DNA of 64,000 nt from a virus (IMGVR_UViG_3300012984_000014:52462-116461), one strand, 5' to 3'. Positions 9,916 through 19,207 are shown, counted from the stretch's first letter. The notes: generated from the sequence alone by a model not told the origin. Made by a program: numbers and translations.

Positions 9916-11804
9916 TGGGGCTCATCAGCATTGAGGCCGAGGACTTCTGCAGCTATCAGACGCTGAAGCTCAAGCTTCGAAAACGTGGCCTCGTTTGGAT
10001 CGGCGGCGAGAACGAAGACACAGCGGCCGCCGCGTCGAACGGTTCCGGGAAGACCACGCTGTTCAAGGCTGTAAGTTGGGGAACGTACGGCAAGACCGTG
10101 GACGAGCGCGACGGCGATCAAGTGATCCGCTTCGGCCAGAAGTGCGCCAAAGTGACCTGTCGCTACACGGACGGTTACGTGTCTCTTCGCGAGCGTCGCA
10201 AGGGCAGCCCGAAGCTGTTTCTATGGAAGGGCGAGGAGGAGATCAAGGGCTCGAAGGAGGAGCTTCAGGCTCGCATCGACGCGCTGATGGGACAGGACTG
10301 GCAGACGTTCAGGAACGTCTCGCTGTATGGCCAGCGGGACAACAAGCGCTTCATCCACCCCGAGACGAGCGACAAGGAGCGCAAGGACGTCCTCCACCGC
10401 ATACTCCGGACGGGCATCTATTCGGTGGCGCACAAATGGGTCCAGGAGGAGGCGCTGAAGCTCAAGCGGGCCGCGGACGCGCTGCAGGTCGAAGTCGACA
10501 AGGCGATGGCGCGCCTGGAAGAGTACGACCTGGAAGACCTGGAGCGTCAGCGCGACGAATGGGAAGAGTCACGGAAGCGCCGCGTCAACGCGCAGAAGAC
10601 GACCGCGCGCGGCTTCGTCGATGCTGCCAAGGAAACGCTCAAGGAGGCAGGCGACCTCCCGGCGTTGGAGACTCGGCTGGCAGGATTGCTCGCCAAGCAG
10701 CCTGCTGTCAAAGCGTTGCAGGGCGAGCTGGAGGCGCTAGAGACGGCCGATGAGGAGATCGGCGACCGCCTCGCGGCCGCTCACACCAAGTCCGTAGCAG
10801 CGGCGGCGAGCCTCCAAGCCCTGGAGAAGCAGCGCGCCAAGCTCGAAACCGAGGACGGCACCTGCCCGCTCTGCTCGGGCGACATGACGGCGGGCTCCGC
10901 GGCGGAGCACGTGGCCGAGCTGGACGCACAGCTTGAAAAGGACCGGAAGGCCCTGAAGAAGCTTCAGGCCGCGGAGTCGATGATCGCGACCGAATCGAGG
11001 GCGCACGGCGACGCGATGACCACCAAGCGCGCCGCGCTGAAGCGCCTCCGCGCGGATTTGGAAGACCTCTCCGATGCCCAGGCGGCCGTCAACGACGCCA
11101 AGCGCGCGTCCGAGCGCGCTGCCGAACAGAAGGCCCAGGCGCGCGCCGCGCTCGACCTGGCAAAGGAGATCGCGGCCGAAGTCAATCCGCTCACGGAGCA
11201 GATGGAGCGCGCGCGGGAGCGCTCCAAGAAGGCGATCGAGGCGCGCGACGCGGCCAAGCTGTCGCTCGGAGTCACGGCGGAGGAGCGGGCGCACTACGAG
11301 TTCTGGACCAAGGGCTTCAGCCCCTCGGGCTGCCCGTCGTTCTCGCTTGACGCCGTGATGCCGTCGCTCACCGAGCGCACCAACTACTACCTCGAAACGC
11401 TCGCCGACGGGGACATCACGATGAACTTCAGCACCCAGCGCGAGCTGAAGAGCGCCAAGGGCGAATTCCGCGACGAGATTGGAATGGAATGGGAGATAGA
11501 GGGCGTTCCCGGACACGAGCCGAGCGGAGGCCAGTGGAAGAAGATGGAGATTGCCTGCAACTTCGCGCTCGTGGACCTCGTGGCGTCCCAAGAGGGCGCC
11601 CAATCAGACCTCCTCCTGCTGGACGAGGTGTTCGACGGCCTGGACCCGGAGGGCGTCGACCGCGTTGGGATCCTCCTGCAGAAGCTCCGTTCAGAGCGGA
11701 GCACGATCATGGTCGTCTCGCACGCGCAGAACATGCAGGAGTGGTTCGAGCGCGCGCTGATGGTGAAGAAGTTCGGCGGAATCAGCAGCTGCGACGTGGC
11801 GTGA
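9912..11804 (+). CDS. sbcC: SbcC/Rad50/gp46-like SMC ATPase
   Basis: NGSGKTT Walker A, coiled coil with CPLC zinc hook, SGGQ signature, LLLLDEVFDGLD, VVSH. Confidence 0.92.
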   Translation: MMGLISIEAEDFCSYQTLKLKLRKRGLVWIGGENEDTAAAASNGSGKTTLFKAVSWGTYGKTVDERDGDQVIRFGQKCAKVTCRYTDGYVSLRERRKGSPKLFLWKGEEEIKGSKEELQARIDALMGQDWQTFRNVSLYGQRDNKRFIHPETSDKERKDVLHRILRTGIYSVAHKWVQEEALKLKRAADALQVEVDKAMARLEEYDLEDLERQRDEWEESRKRRVNAQKTTARGFVDAAKETLKEAGDLPALETRLAGLLAKQPAVKALQGELEALETADEEIGDRLAAAHTKSVAAAASLQALEKQRAKLETEDGTCPLCSGDMTAGSAAEHVAELDAQLEKDRKALKKLQAAESMIATESRAHGDAMTTKRAALKRLRADLEDLSDAQAAVNDAKRASERAAEQKAQARAALDLAKEIAAEVNPLTEQMERARERSKKAIEARDAAKLSLGVTAEERAHYEFWTKGFSPSGCPSFSLDAVMPSLTERTNYYLETLADGDITMNFSTQRELKSAKGEFRDEIGMEWEIEGVPGHEPSGGQWKKMEIACNFALVDLVASQEGAQSDLLLLDEVFDGLDPEGVDRVGILLQKLRSERSTIMVVSHAQNMQEWFERALMVKKFGGISSCDVA

Positions 11805-11815
11805 TTCAGCGCCTA

Positions 11816-11851
11816 TTGGTCCGGGCCGCCTACTTCGGGCGGTCCAACCAA
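11816..11851 (+). other. intergenic stem-loop just upstream of an SD
   Basis: GGGCCGCC/GGCGGTCC 8-bp stem (one G-U) with flanking TTGGT/ACCAA; no U-tract. Confidence 0.4.
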
Positions 11852-11860
11852 GGAGACCAA

Positions 11861-12469
11861 ATGAGCATTCGTAGGAAGACCAAGACCAAGAAGAAGGCCG
11901 CGGAGAAGCCCAACAAGCTCGTGCGCGCGACGTTCGGCGACCTGTACATGTTCGGCTACCCGAAGCACCGGGCCGAGAAGCAGGTGCTGACCGTGTATGG
12001 GGCGATCGTGGGTGAGCACGCCTTCGTCTTCGCCAAGCACACCCGCTTCGGCAACACACCGTCGCTGGCCAAGATCCGACCGGCCAACCAGGTCTTCAAG
12101 ACGAAGGAGCAGTGCCTGCTCGCCCAAAAGCCGGTCAACGGTTGGGCGTGGGACAACAGCGATTCGGCCTTGGTCCCGGTCAAGCTCACGCTCAACTCGG
12201 ACAACACCTACACGGTCCACAACGTCGATGGGAATCGGCGCTACTGGAACCGAGGCTTCACGACCAAGCGCGCGGCCATCGCTCACGCGCTGAAGGACGC
12301 GAACGAGAACCTGGAGCGCGAGACCAAGGACTATGTCAAGATCCGCAACAAGGTGAAGGCGCTCAAGGCCGCGCTCCGCCGCGCGCCGAAGGAGCGCGCG
12401 CCGCGCAAGCCGAAGCGCAAGACGGTCGCAGACCAGATGGTGTCCTTCGGGCTCTTGCGTCGGAACTAG
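11861..12469 (+). CDS. hypothetical basic protein
   Basis: AAGGAG SD before ATG 11861; the upstream extension in the ORF track overlaps sbcC. Confidence 0.75.
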   Translation: MSIRRKTKTKKKAAEKPNKLVRATFGDLYMFGYPKHRAEKQVLTVYGAIVGEHAFVFAKHTRFGNTPSLAKIRPANQVFKTKEQCLLAQKPVNGWAWDNSDSALVPVKLTLNSDNTYTVHNVDGNRRYWNRGFTTKRAAIAHALKDANENLERETKDYVKIRNKVKALKAALRRAPKERAPRKPKRKTVADQMVSFGLLRRN

Positions 12470-12471
12470 CG

Positions 12472-12834
12472 ATGAGCGTTGAAGTCTCCGACGGCCCGAT
12501 GGACTGCCCCAATTGCGGGGCAGACATGGTTGAAGACGCCAGAGAACGAACGATTCGCATCGTGTTCTCCGGGCCCGAGGAGGCCGACGAAATGGAAGTG
12601 GACGCGGGCGAGTCGGATCTGATCCGCTGGGTCTGCGAAGGGTGCGGATACAAAGAGACGACCGAGCAACGTGGAGAATCCAATGACGAAGAAGACGAAG
12701 AAGACGACGAAGGTGGAGAAGCCAGTCGGAGTGACGCTGTACTTCGAGGACAAGGCTCTGGTGGCGAAGTTGGTCAAGCGCGTCCCGGGGAAGAATTACA
12801 AGCGCGCACAAGACGCCATCGAAGAGGTTTTTGA
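12472..12834 (+). CDS. Zn-ribbon protein with acidic stretch
   Basis: CPNC...CEGC pairs; overlaps the next gene by about 150 nt. Confidence 0.55.
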   Translation: MSVEVSDGPMDCPNCGADMVEDARERTIRIVFSGPEEADEMEVDAGESDLIRWVCEGCGYKETTEQRGESNDEEDEEDDEGGEASRSDAVLRGQGSGGEVGQARPGEELQARTRRHRRGF

Positions 12835-13198
12835 GCGAAGGTTTGGGAAAGCGCGTGTTGCCCACGTACGCGGATCGACGAAGACGCAGGCGCCAGATGC
12901 CACGGCTGCGGATGCTGAAATCATTGCTTCAAATCTTTTCCATGTGGACGTTATCAGCCTTTCCTACAAGCGGCCAGAGGAGGTCTCTGTGCCGACAAAG
13001 AACGTCGGGCACAAGTCTGCAATCGAATCTCTGGGGAGAGATGTCGAAAGCCTCGACAGAGACATCAAGTCCAACACGGAAGACATTGCGCGTTACGAGA
13101 AGATCATTGACGAAAAACGGCAATTCTTGGACGTGTACAAACAATCTCGTCTGGAATTGTTGGAAGCAATCAAGACGCTGAAGGCTCTGAAGGCGTGA
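12683..13198 (+). CDS. hypothetical protein with C-terminal coiled coil
   Basis: GGAG SD before ATG 12683; GTGA overlap with ruvC. Confidence 0.7.
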   Translation: MTKKTKKTTKVEKPVGVTLYFEDKALVAKLVKRVPGKNYKRAQDAIEEVFERRFGKARVAHVRGSTKTQAPDATAADAEIIASNLFHVDVISLSYKRPEEVSVPTKNVGHKSAIESLGRDVESLDRDIKSNTEDIARYEKIIDEKRQFLDVYKQSRLELLEAIKTLKALKA

Positions 13199-14010
13199 AG
13201 GCCATCGGCTTCGACATCTCGCTGAACCACGGCGCCGCGTACGAGCTGACCAACGGAAAACCCACGTGGTTCAGCTACTACACGGTGGCCGCGGGTGTCG
13301 CGGCCAACAGCCCGTTTGGGCACCGACTCCCCGCGCCTCCGACCAAGAAGAAGGGAGGCGATGAAGTCGACCTTCAACCATATCGTGTCCAGCGCCTGGC
13401 GTGGATCGAGAGTTGGATTGACAAGACGGTGCTCGTGGCGCGACGTCCAGACTTCGTGGGGATCGAGGACTACGCGCTGCGAGCGGAGCAGGGGGCGCAT
13501 CAACTGGGCGAGGTCGGCGGGATCGCCCGAATCCTGTTCTGGTTTCGGGGAGTCTACTTCCGAAAGCATGACCCAATCAGCGTGAAGCTGTTCGTGGCGC
13601 ACGACGGAACCGCCCAGAAAGACCTGATCGAGGAGTGTGCCCGGAAGCGCTGGGGGATCGATCACAGCGACGTCAACGCCGAGCCTCCGCCCGGGAAGAA
13701 GCAGAACAGGACCACATCCGAGGACTTGGCGGACGCCTTCGGAATTGCCAAACTCGTGGACGTGGAACACCGGATCCGCTCCGGCAAACTCCGCCTTCAG
13801 GATCTGGAGCACGACAAGGAGCGGCAGGTGTTCAATCGGGTGACGAAGACCTACCCGGTGAGCCTCATCGGGCGTGAGTGGATTCGGAATCCGGCGGGCT
13901 CGTACGGATCGCCCGACGCGGTGAAGATTCGGCTCCAGGCAGAGATCGCTCGCACTAGCAAACGCAACCCTAAACTAGCGGCCTACCTCGACAGAATTCT
14001 GAAGGGATAA
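13195..14010 (+). CDS. ruvC: RuvC-like Holliday junction resolvase
   Basis: IGFDISL, VGIEDY, LGEVGGIAR, VKLFV..DGTAQKD and EDLADAFGIA catalytic-acid pattern. Confidence 0.85.
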   Translation: MKAIGFDISLNHGAAYELTNGKPTWFSYYTVAAGVAANSPFGHRLPAPPTKKKGGDEVDLQPYRVQRLAWIESWIDKTVLVARRPDFVGIEDYALRAEQGAHQLGEVGGIARILFWFRGVYFRKHDPISVKLFVAHDGTAQKDLIEECARKRWGIDHSDVNAEPPPGKKQNRTTSEDLADAFGIAKLVDVEHRIRSGKLRLQDLEHDKERQVFNRVTKTYPVSLIGREWIRNPAGSYGSPDAVKIRLQAEIARTSKRNPKLAAYLDRILKG

Positions 14011-14013
14011 GCC

Positions 14014-14304
14014 ATGCCGAGCCAGTGGGGCAAAGACAAGAAATGCCCATCTTGTGGAGTTAGCTACAAGAAGTTCAGAACTGGTCTGCGTTTCTCTGAT
14101 ATTGTCCAATGGTTTTGGATAAATGACACTGATAGTTCGCTTTGGCGCTACAAGCGCCGTCGGACCATTCTCGGTGCCTGGCACGGTGCCAAGAAGGAAG
14201 GCTGGGAGCTCCACAAGCAAGAGTGCTACCTGCAGCGGCTCCACGACGACGCGCGCGAGCCCGAGCAACCCAACTTTGCTACCATCGAAGGCGTACCATT
14301 TTGA
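14014..14304 (+). CDS. hypothetical protein (CxxC)
   Basis: 96 aa ORF filling the gap; TTGA overlap downstream. Confidence 0.6.
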   Translation: MPSQWGKDKKCPSCGVSYKKFRTGLRFSDIVQWFWINDTDSSLWRYKRRRTILGAWHGAKKEGWELHKQECYLQRLHDDAREPEQPNFATIEGVPF

Positions 14305-15194
14305 AAGCTGACAACCTCATAATCGACGGGCGACACCTCCTGTTTCGTTGCTCCGATGCCTTCCGTGAGCTAGTGGCCGATGGCGTCGGGACGGGTGGCG
14401 TGTACGGCTTCTTGGCAGCGGCGATGCGCGTCCACTCGCGCTACGGCGGCAAGACCAGGGTGGCGTGGGAAGGCAAGGGCAACTTCCGCCTCAAGTTGTA
14501 CCCCCACTACAAGAAGAAGGACGAGGTGGACCCCGAGCGCGAGCGGATCCGGTCCGAGATGACACGCCAGCAGAAGGTACTGGAGAAGCTCCTGCAAGCA
14601 CTCGGAGTCGACCAGCACTGGGGCGTCGGATGCGAGGCTGACGACGTCATCGGACGGCTCGCGCATACCGCGTCCGGGACAGTCGTGATCTACACCGGTG
14701 ACTCCGACCTCCGACAACTCATCGACCCCGAGGGGCGCGTCACGGTCGTCTCGCCGGGCTTCAAGACCGACACGGCCTATGCCTGGGAGGACGTGATCAA
14801 GCGGCACGGCGTTCCGCCGAACCTCCTGGCGCAGCTCAAGGCCATCGCCGGTGACACGTCGGACGCCATCCCGGGCGCCCCTGGAGTTGGTGACAAGACG
14901 GCCGCAAAGCTCCTCAACCACTACGGATCGCTGGCGGCCGTGCTCCAAGCGGCGGAGGCCGAAGACGCGCTATGGCCCGAGACTCCGCGCCGCTGCAAGA
15001 TCATCAAGGCTGCTGCCAACGACATCCGTCTGTACTACCAGTTGACCAGGGTGCGACGGACAATGCCTTGCCGCAAGCTGGTGGGCGCGCGCAGCCAGAA
15101 GGCCGTGCTGGAGCAGTTCAAGGAGCTCAAATTCAGGTCGCTCAGCTACCCGGCGGAGTTGTCCGCGCTGCTGGCCATGGGAGGGCCAAAGTGA
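14301..15194 (+). CDS. 5'-3' exonuclease/flap endonuclease (PolI N-terminal-like)
   Basis: LIIDGRHLLFR, EADDVI, TGDSDLRQL, AGDTSDAIPG..GVGDKTA (H3TH); TTG start. Confidence 0.92.
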   Translation: MKADNLIIDGRHLLFRCSDAFRELVADGVGTGGVYGFLAAAMRVHSRYGGKTRVAWEGKGNFRLKLYPHYKKKDEVDPERERIRSEMTRQQKVLEKLLQALGVDQHWGVGCEADDVIGRLAHTASGTVVIYTGDSDLRQLIDPEGRVTVVSPGFKTDTAYAWEDVIKRHGVPPNLLAQLKAIAGDTSDAIPGAPGVGDKTAAKLLNHYGSLAAVLQAAEAEDALWPETPRRCKIIKAAANDIRLYYQLTRVRRTMPCRKLVGARSQKAVLEQFKELKFRSLSYPAELSALLAMGGPK

Positions 15195-15481
15195 GTGATG
15201 CGACTCACATAGCCGGCCTGGGGCTTGTGATTGGCGGTCGATTTGCTAGGCAGCGATGCGCGTGGTGCGGCGAGATTCTTGTGGATGAGGATGCGGAGTT
15301 GATGGCCACTACGGATCCGACTCCGCGCGACCCGTGTTGGCCGATCAATTCGCTCATTCGGGTCACAAAAGGAAAGGGCGTTACGGGCTACGAACAGTTG
15401 GGGCATGCGGATTCGCTTCCTGTGGATTGTTGCGCTTATTCTGGAACGCGAACCCCTCCAAAACTGGAACTTGTGAAATGA
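15191..15481 (+). CDS. hypothetical protein (CAWC)
   Basis: GTGA/ATGA overlaps on both sides. Confidence 0.6.
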   Translation: MSDATHIAGLGLVIGGRFARQRCAWCGEILVDEDAELMATTDPTPRDPCWPINSLIRVTKGKGVTGYEQLGHADSLPVDCCAYSGTRTPPKLELVK

Positions 15482-16071
15482 CCATTGCAGGCAGAAACTC
15501 ACTTCCCGGCGAAACGCCTGGCGACAAGATCATCAGAATCGTGAAGAGCTATGACGGCTGTTCGCTGAAGCATGAGGCCGACCGACTCGGGAAGCTCGTG
15601 GCGCGCGGCGTTGATTCGCCTTCGGACGTCGTTGGAATCCGAACCAACTGCGGAATGTTCGCGCTGGGAATCTGGGCGGAGGCCGGCGTGGACAGTCCGA
15701 TCCTGGACAGGAAGTACGTCAACGGCGCGGCCATCTCCTGGTGCGTTCAGATCGGCATCGACCGCGGCGCGCTCGTGAAGTACACCGACGGCGGTCTCAA
15801 GCCTCGGCGCGGCGCGCTTCTTCACTACAAGGCGCCGGGCGAGAACGATGACCACGTGGAATTCTTGCTGTCAGACATCGATGAGCACTGGAACGCTGTT
15901 CACGGCGGCGGCGGTCGAGCCGACAACGCCATCACAGTCTCGAAGGCTCCTGGCGTCGTGCTTTGGAACAATGGCAGGAAGCTGTTCCAATTCTGGAACC
16001 CCGACAAGTTGGGCATCGAGGTGGTGGGCGTCGGTAGCGACATCAACGATGCCTATCCGGACGACACTTGA
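15478..16071 (+). CDS. putative CHAP/NlpC-P60-like cysteine peptidase
   Basis: TNCGMFA (Cys) and DHVEFLL (His) spaced as in papain-like amidases; by eye only. Confidence 0.4.
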   Translation: MTIAGRNSLPGETPGDKIIRIVKSYDGCSLKHEADRLGKLVARGVDSPSDVVGIRTNCGMFALGIWAEAGVDSPILDRKYVNGAAISWCVQIGIDRGALVKYTDGGLKPRRGALLHYKAPGENDDHVEFLLSDIDEHWNAVHGGGGRADNAITVSKAPGVVLWNNGRKLFQFWNPDKLGIEVVGVGSDINDAYPDDT

Positions 16072-16664
16072 TCCGTTTGAAGTTGCTCGACAAGCTCGAA
16101 GAGCAGTGGAAAGGATGCCAAGCTTGCGGCCTCCATCGAGGCCGCGGGCGAATCGTTCACTGGCGAGGTAGTCCGAGCGCGCCGTTGTTCGTCATCGGCG
16201 AGGCACCAAGCGGTGACGACGATGCTGAAGGCCTGCCGTTCGTTGGCAGGTCTGGGCATATGGTCGACCTGATCCTAAAACAGGCAGGGCTTGGCAACGA
16301 TCACGTCTTCATGACTCATTCGGTCGGATGCCACCCGCCAGGCGGTCGGGCGCCGGACCAAGAAGAGATCCAGGCATGCTCGAACCGTCTTCAGATTCTT
16401 CTGCGGATAGTTCGGCCGCGAGCCGTCCTGCTGTTTGGATTCGTCGGTGCAAAGCTTGCGGGAATCCAATCTGTGGCAGCGAGCCGGGGCCAACAGTCCA
16501 GCCTGGATATGCCATGTTACGATGGGCGTATGCGCTCTTGGCCCGCGATCGTCACGTGGTCTCCAGGATTCCTAATCCGGTCCGGCGGCCAAGGCTCTCC
16601 TAGGTTTCAAGAGTCGTTGTCTGACGTTGTGACGGCGTGGAAGTTAGCAAATTCAGTCGAATGA
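16068..16664 (+). CDS. family-4 uracil-DNA glycosylase-like protein (degenerate active site)
   Basis: CxxC, GEAP, PFVGRSG, C.PP..R.P and fourth Fe-S Cys; canonical Asn and His replaced. Confidence 0.85.
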   Translation: MIRLKLLDKLEEQWKGCQACGLHRGRGRIVHWRGSPSAPLFVIGEAPSGDDDAEGLPFVGRSGHMVDLILKQAGLGNDHVFMTHSVGCHPPGGRAPDQEEIQACSNRLQILLRIVRPRAVLLFGFVGAKLAGIQSVAASRGQQSSLDMPCYDGRMRSWPAIVTWSPGFLIRSGGQGSPRFQESLSDVVTAWKLANSVE

Positions 16665-17131
16665 CTGGCGTTTACCAGATACGTTGCAAGGCCAACGGGC
16701 GCCGTTACGTCGGAAGCTCTCTGGATATCAAGCGCCGTTGGAAGGAGCACAGAAGCGACCTGAGGAAAAGAAGGCATTGCAACGCGCGCCTCCAAAACGC
16801 TTGGAACAAATACGGCGAAAGAGCTTTTGAGTTCAAGCTCATCCAACTTACGAGCGTGGCGGAGTTGATTCCCGCTGAGAAGCTCTGGTTTTGGCTGCTC
16901 CAACCAGAGATGAACATCCAGACGGACATTGGGCGCCCGCCGATGCTTGGGAAGACGCACACGGAAGAGACACGGGCCAAGCTCAGAGCCTGGGCCCACT
17001 CTCCGGAGGGACGCTTGGCGTGTTCTGGCGGAAAGGGCGTGGCCCAAAGCCTAGAACACAAACGGAATATGGGGCGCGCGTTGAAAAAGGCTTGGGAGCG
17101 GCGGAGAAGGAATTCAGCTGCGTTGGCCTAG
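16661..17131 (+). CDS. GIY-YIG homing endonuclease with NUMOD3-like motif
   Basis: GVYQI..YVGSS..RW.EH..L; LQNAWNKYG; GKTHTEETRAKL. Confidence 0.88.
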   Translation: MTGVYQIRCKANGRRYVGSSLDIKRRWKEHRSDLRKRRHCNARLQNAWNKYGERAFEFKLIQLTSVAELIPAEKLWFWLLQPEMNIQTDIGRPPMLGKTHTEETRAKLRAWAHSPEGRLACSGGKGVAQSLEHKRNMGRALKKAWERRRRNSAALA

Positions 17132-17155
17132 AACGGTTATTATCGTTCCCAACGC

Positions 17156-17737
17156 ATGATCCTCTCTGACAAACACCTGAAACGCGCACTAGCCAAAGGC
17201 GACCTGGTAGTTGAACCGCTGAAAAGCGCGGCCATTCAACCGGCGTCAATCGACCTGACGTTGGGCGATGAGTTCATGCATTGGCCCAGAGAGAGGACGT
17301 TCCGCGGCGCCATCGACATGGCGGACGCGGCGTTGAAATCGCCTCCGATGGAGCGCGTCATCGTCGGGAACGGAGCTCCGTTCGAGCTGTTCCCGGGCGC
17401 GTTCGCGCTTGCGACGACTGAAGAGAAGATCGGATTGGATCCGGGCCTCTGCGCGCGCGTCGAAGGCCGGAGCTCAATTGGCCGCTTTGGGTTGATGGTC
17501 CACGCGACCGCGGGTTTCATTGATCCGGGGTTCGCAGGCAAGATCACGCTCGAAATGTACAACTTGAGTCCGCATGTGATCCGTCTTTACCCGGGCCAAT
17601 CCATCTGCCAGATTGCGGTGTCCGCCATGAGCAGCCCTGCCGAGCGACCGTATGGCGCAGCGCGCGGTTCTAAGTATCAGGGCCAAGATGGCGTTGCGGC
17701 CAGCCGATGGAAGGGGATTGGTGATGGGAATCCTTGA
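17156..17737 (+). CDS. dcd: dCTP deaminase
   Basis: MILSD, IQPASIDL, EGRSSIGR, TAGFIDPGF.G.ITLE, ICQI, SKYQGQ. Confidence 0.95.
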   Translation: MILSDKHLKRALAKGDLVVEPLKSAAIQPASIDLTLGDEFMHWPRERTFRGAIDMADAALKSPPMERVIVGNGAPFELFPGAFALATTEEKIGLDPGLCARVEGRSSIGRFGLMVHATAGFIDPGFAGKITLEMYNLSPHVIRLYPGQSICQIAVSAMSSPAERPYGAARGSKYQGQDGVAASRWKGIGDGNP

Positions 17738-17924
17738 CGCCTTCATGATCAAGGGTGACAAGAAGCCGTACTGCACTGCGGCCCAGCTTGGGCTCTTTAA
17801 GAAGTCGCGCGCGGGCGGGTTGACCAGCTTCTTCCGGACCGCGAATTGTTGCATTTGTGGCACTGAGGTTCCGAAGTCAAAGACGTTCTGCAGCATGGAA
17901 TGCTGGGAAAAGAGAGCAAAGTAA
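17724..17924 (+). CDS. small Zn-finger protein
   Basis: CCICG..VP..KTFCSMEC. Confidence 0.6.
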   Translation: MGILDAFMIKGDKKPYCTAAQLGLFKKSRAGGLTSFFRTANCCICGTEVPKSKTFCSMECWEKRAK

Positions 17925-17926
17925 AG

Positions 17927-18172
17927 ATGGCATCAGCAAAGAAACGCCCCAAGGGTCAATGGATCGATGACCTCCACGGCGCCGTGGGCGACTTCATCAG
18001 GATCGAGACGGCCGTGGGTGTGAACAGAGGCGGGAAGCTCTCCGGAATTCGTACCCGTACCATCGAGTTCAACGGAGAAAAGCAGGACATTCCGACCGAG
18101 TTGGAGTTGAACGGCGACCCAACGGACACTGTTAATATCTCCAGCTTGGTAAAAATTTCCATAGGAACTTGA
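17927..18172 (+). CDS. hypothetical protein
   Basis: 81 aa, follows the previous stop directly. Confidence 0.6.
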   Translation: MASAKKRPKGQWIDDLHGAVGDFIRIETAVGVNRGGKLSGIRTRTIEFNGEKQDIPTELELNGDPTDTVNISSLVKISIGT

Positions 18173-18209
18173 AAAAGTTCTCGACTCTGTAACTGATTCA
18201 GGCTATGGT
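18171..18209 (+). promoter_or_regulatory. promoter-module copy 1 (degenerate)
   Basis: GAAAAAGTTC-TCGACT(18181)-17 nt-TATGGT(18204). Confidence 0.55.
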
Positions 18210-18219
18210 TGAGGCTTCT

Positions 18220-18705
18220 ATGAGCTGCGGAGTCTACAGAATCGTGTGCTTGGCGAACGGTCGATGCTACATCGGCTCAAGTCAGCGCATCGAGCTGCGC
18301 TGGGGCGAACACAAGAGCGAGCTTCGCTCCGGCGTCCATCACAGTCGACACCTGCAGCGCTGCTGGGCCAAGTACGGGGAAGACCGGTTCAAGTTCGAGG
18401 TCCTAGAGTTGGTCGACGGCGACCCGCTTGCGGCCGAGCAACGCTGGCTGGACCAGGAGCGGCCTGAGCTCAACGGAACGTTCAATGCGGTGGCTCCGTG
18501 GCGAGGAAAACGGCTTTCGGCGGAGCATCGCGCCAAGATCAGCGCCAGCCACAAGGGGCGAGTCGGGCCGTGGCTTGGGAAGAAGCGCCCCGACCTCGGG
18601 GCGAAAGTCGGCGCGGCGCTTCGCGGCCGAACGCTCCCGGAAACGACGCGCGCTAAGATGCGCGCTGCTTGGGCACGTAGGAAAGCACTTCAAAAGGAGA
18701 ATTAG
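18220..18705 (+). CDS. second GIY-YIG homing endonuclease with NUMOD3-like motifs
   Basis: GVYRI..YIGSS..RW.EH; LQRCWAKYG; LSAEHRAKISAS; LPETTRAKM. The track ATG 18205 lies inside the predicted -10. Confidence 0.88.
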   Translation: MSCGVYRIVCLANGRCYIGSSQRIELRWGEHKSELRSGVHHSRHLQRCWAKYGEDRFKFEVLELVDGDPLAAEQRWLDQERPELNGTFNAVAPWRGKRLSAEHRAKISASHKGRVGPWLGKKRPDLGAKVGAALRGRTLPETTRAKMRAAWARRKALQKEN

Positions 18706-19206
18706 ATGGAATTTATGGAAATGCAAGAACAGGTCCACACGTGGGCCGAAGAGAAGGGCTGGACCGACCCCGAGATCCTGAACCCTGACGCGGACCCGAC
18801 TCCGACCGAGGAGCGGCTGGCGCAAATCGCGCTCATTCACCTCCAACTCAGCAACGAGCTGGAGTTGATCAGGAAGGGCGAGCCGTCTAGCGGGTTTTTG
18901 GAAACCATCGCCGTCTCGCTTCCGCCGATCGCGCGCGTCGAAGGCGTGAACGCGATCAAGGTGCTGTCCAAGCTTGCGCTCGTGCACTCGGAGGTCTCCG
19001 AGGGCGTGGATGCCGTTCTGAAGGGCGTCATCAAGACTACCGTCGTGGACGGAAAGCCGGAGGGCCTCGGGAGCGAAACCGCTGACGTTCACATCCGGCT
19101 GCTTCAGCTCGCTGGAATGCTCAATCAGGATTCAACCAAAGACTTCGCGTTGAAGATGGAATACAACGCGCAACGAAGCTTCAAGCACGGCGGAAAGCTC
19201 GCCTGA
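18706..19206 (+). CDS. MazG-like NTP pyrophosphohydrolase
   Basis: LALVHSEVSE, ETADV.IR, KMEYN..R..KHGGK. Confidence 0.8.
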   Translation: MEFMEMQEQVHTWAEEKGWTDPEILNPDADPTPTEERLAQIALIHLQLSNELELIRKGEPSSGFLETIAVSLPPIARVEGVNAIKVLSKLALVHSEVSEGVDAVLKGVIKTTVVDGKPEGLGSETADVHIRLLQLAGMLNQDSTKDFALKMEYNAQRSFKHGGKLA

Positions 19207-19207
19207 G

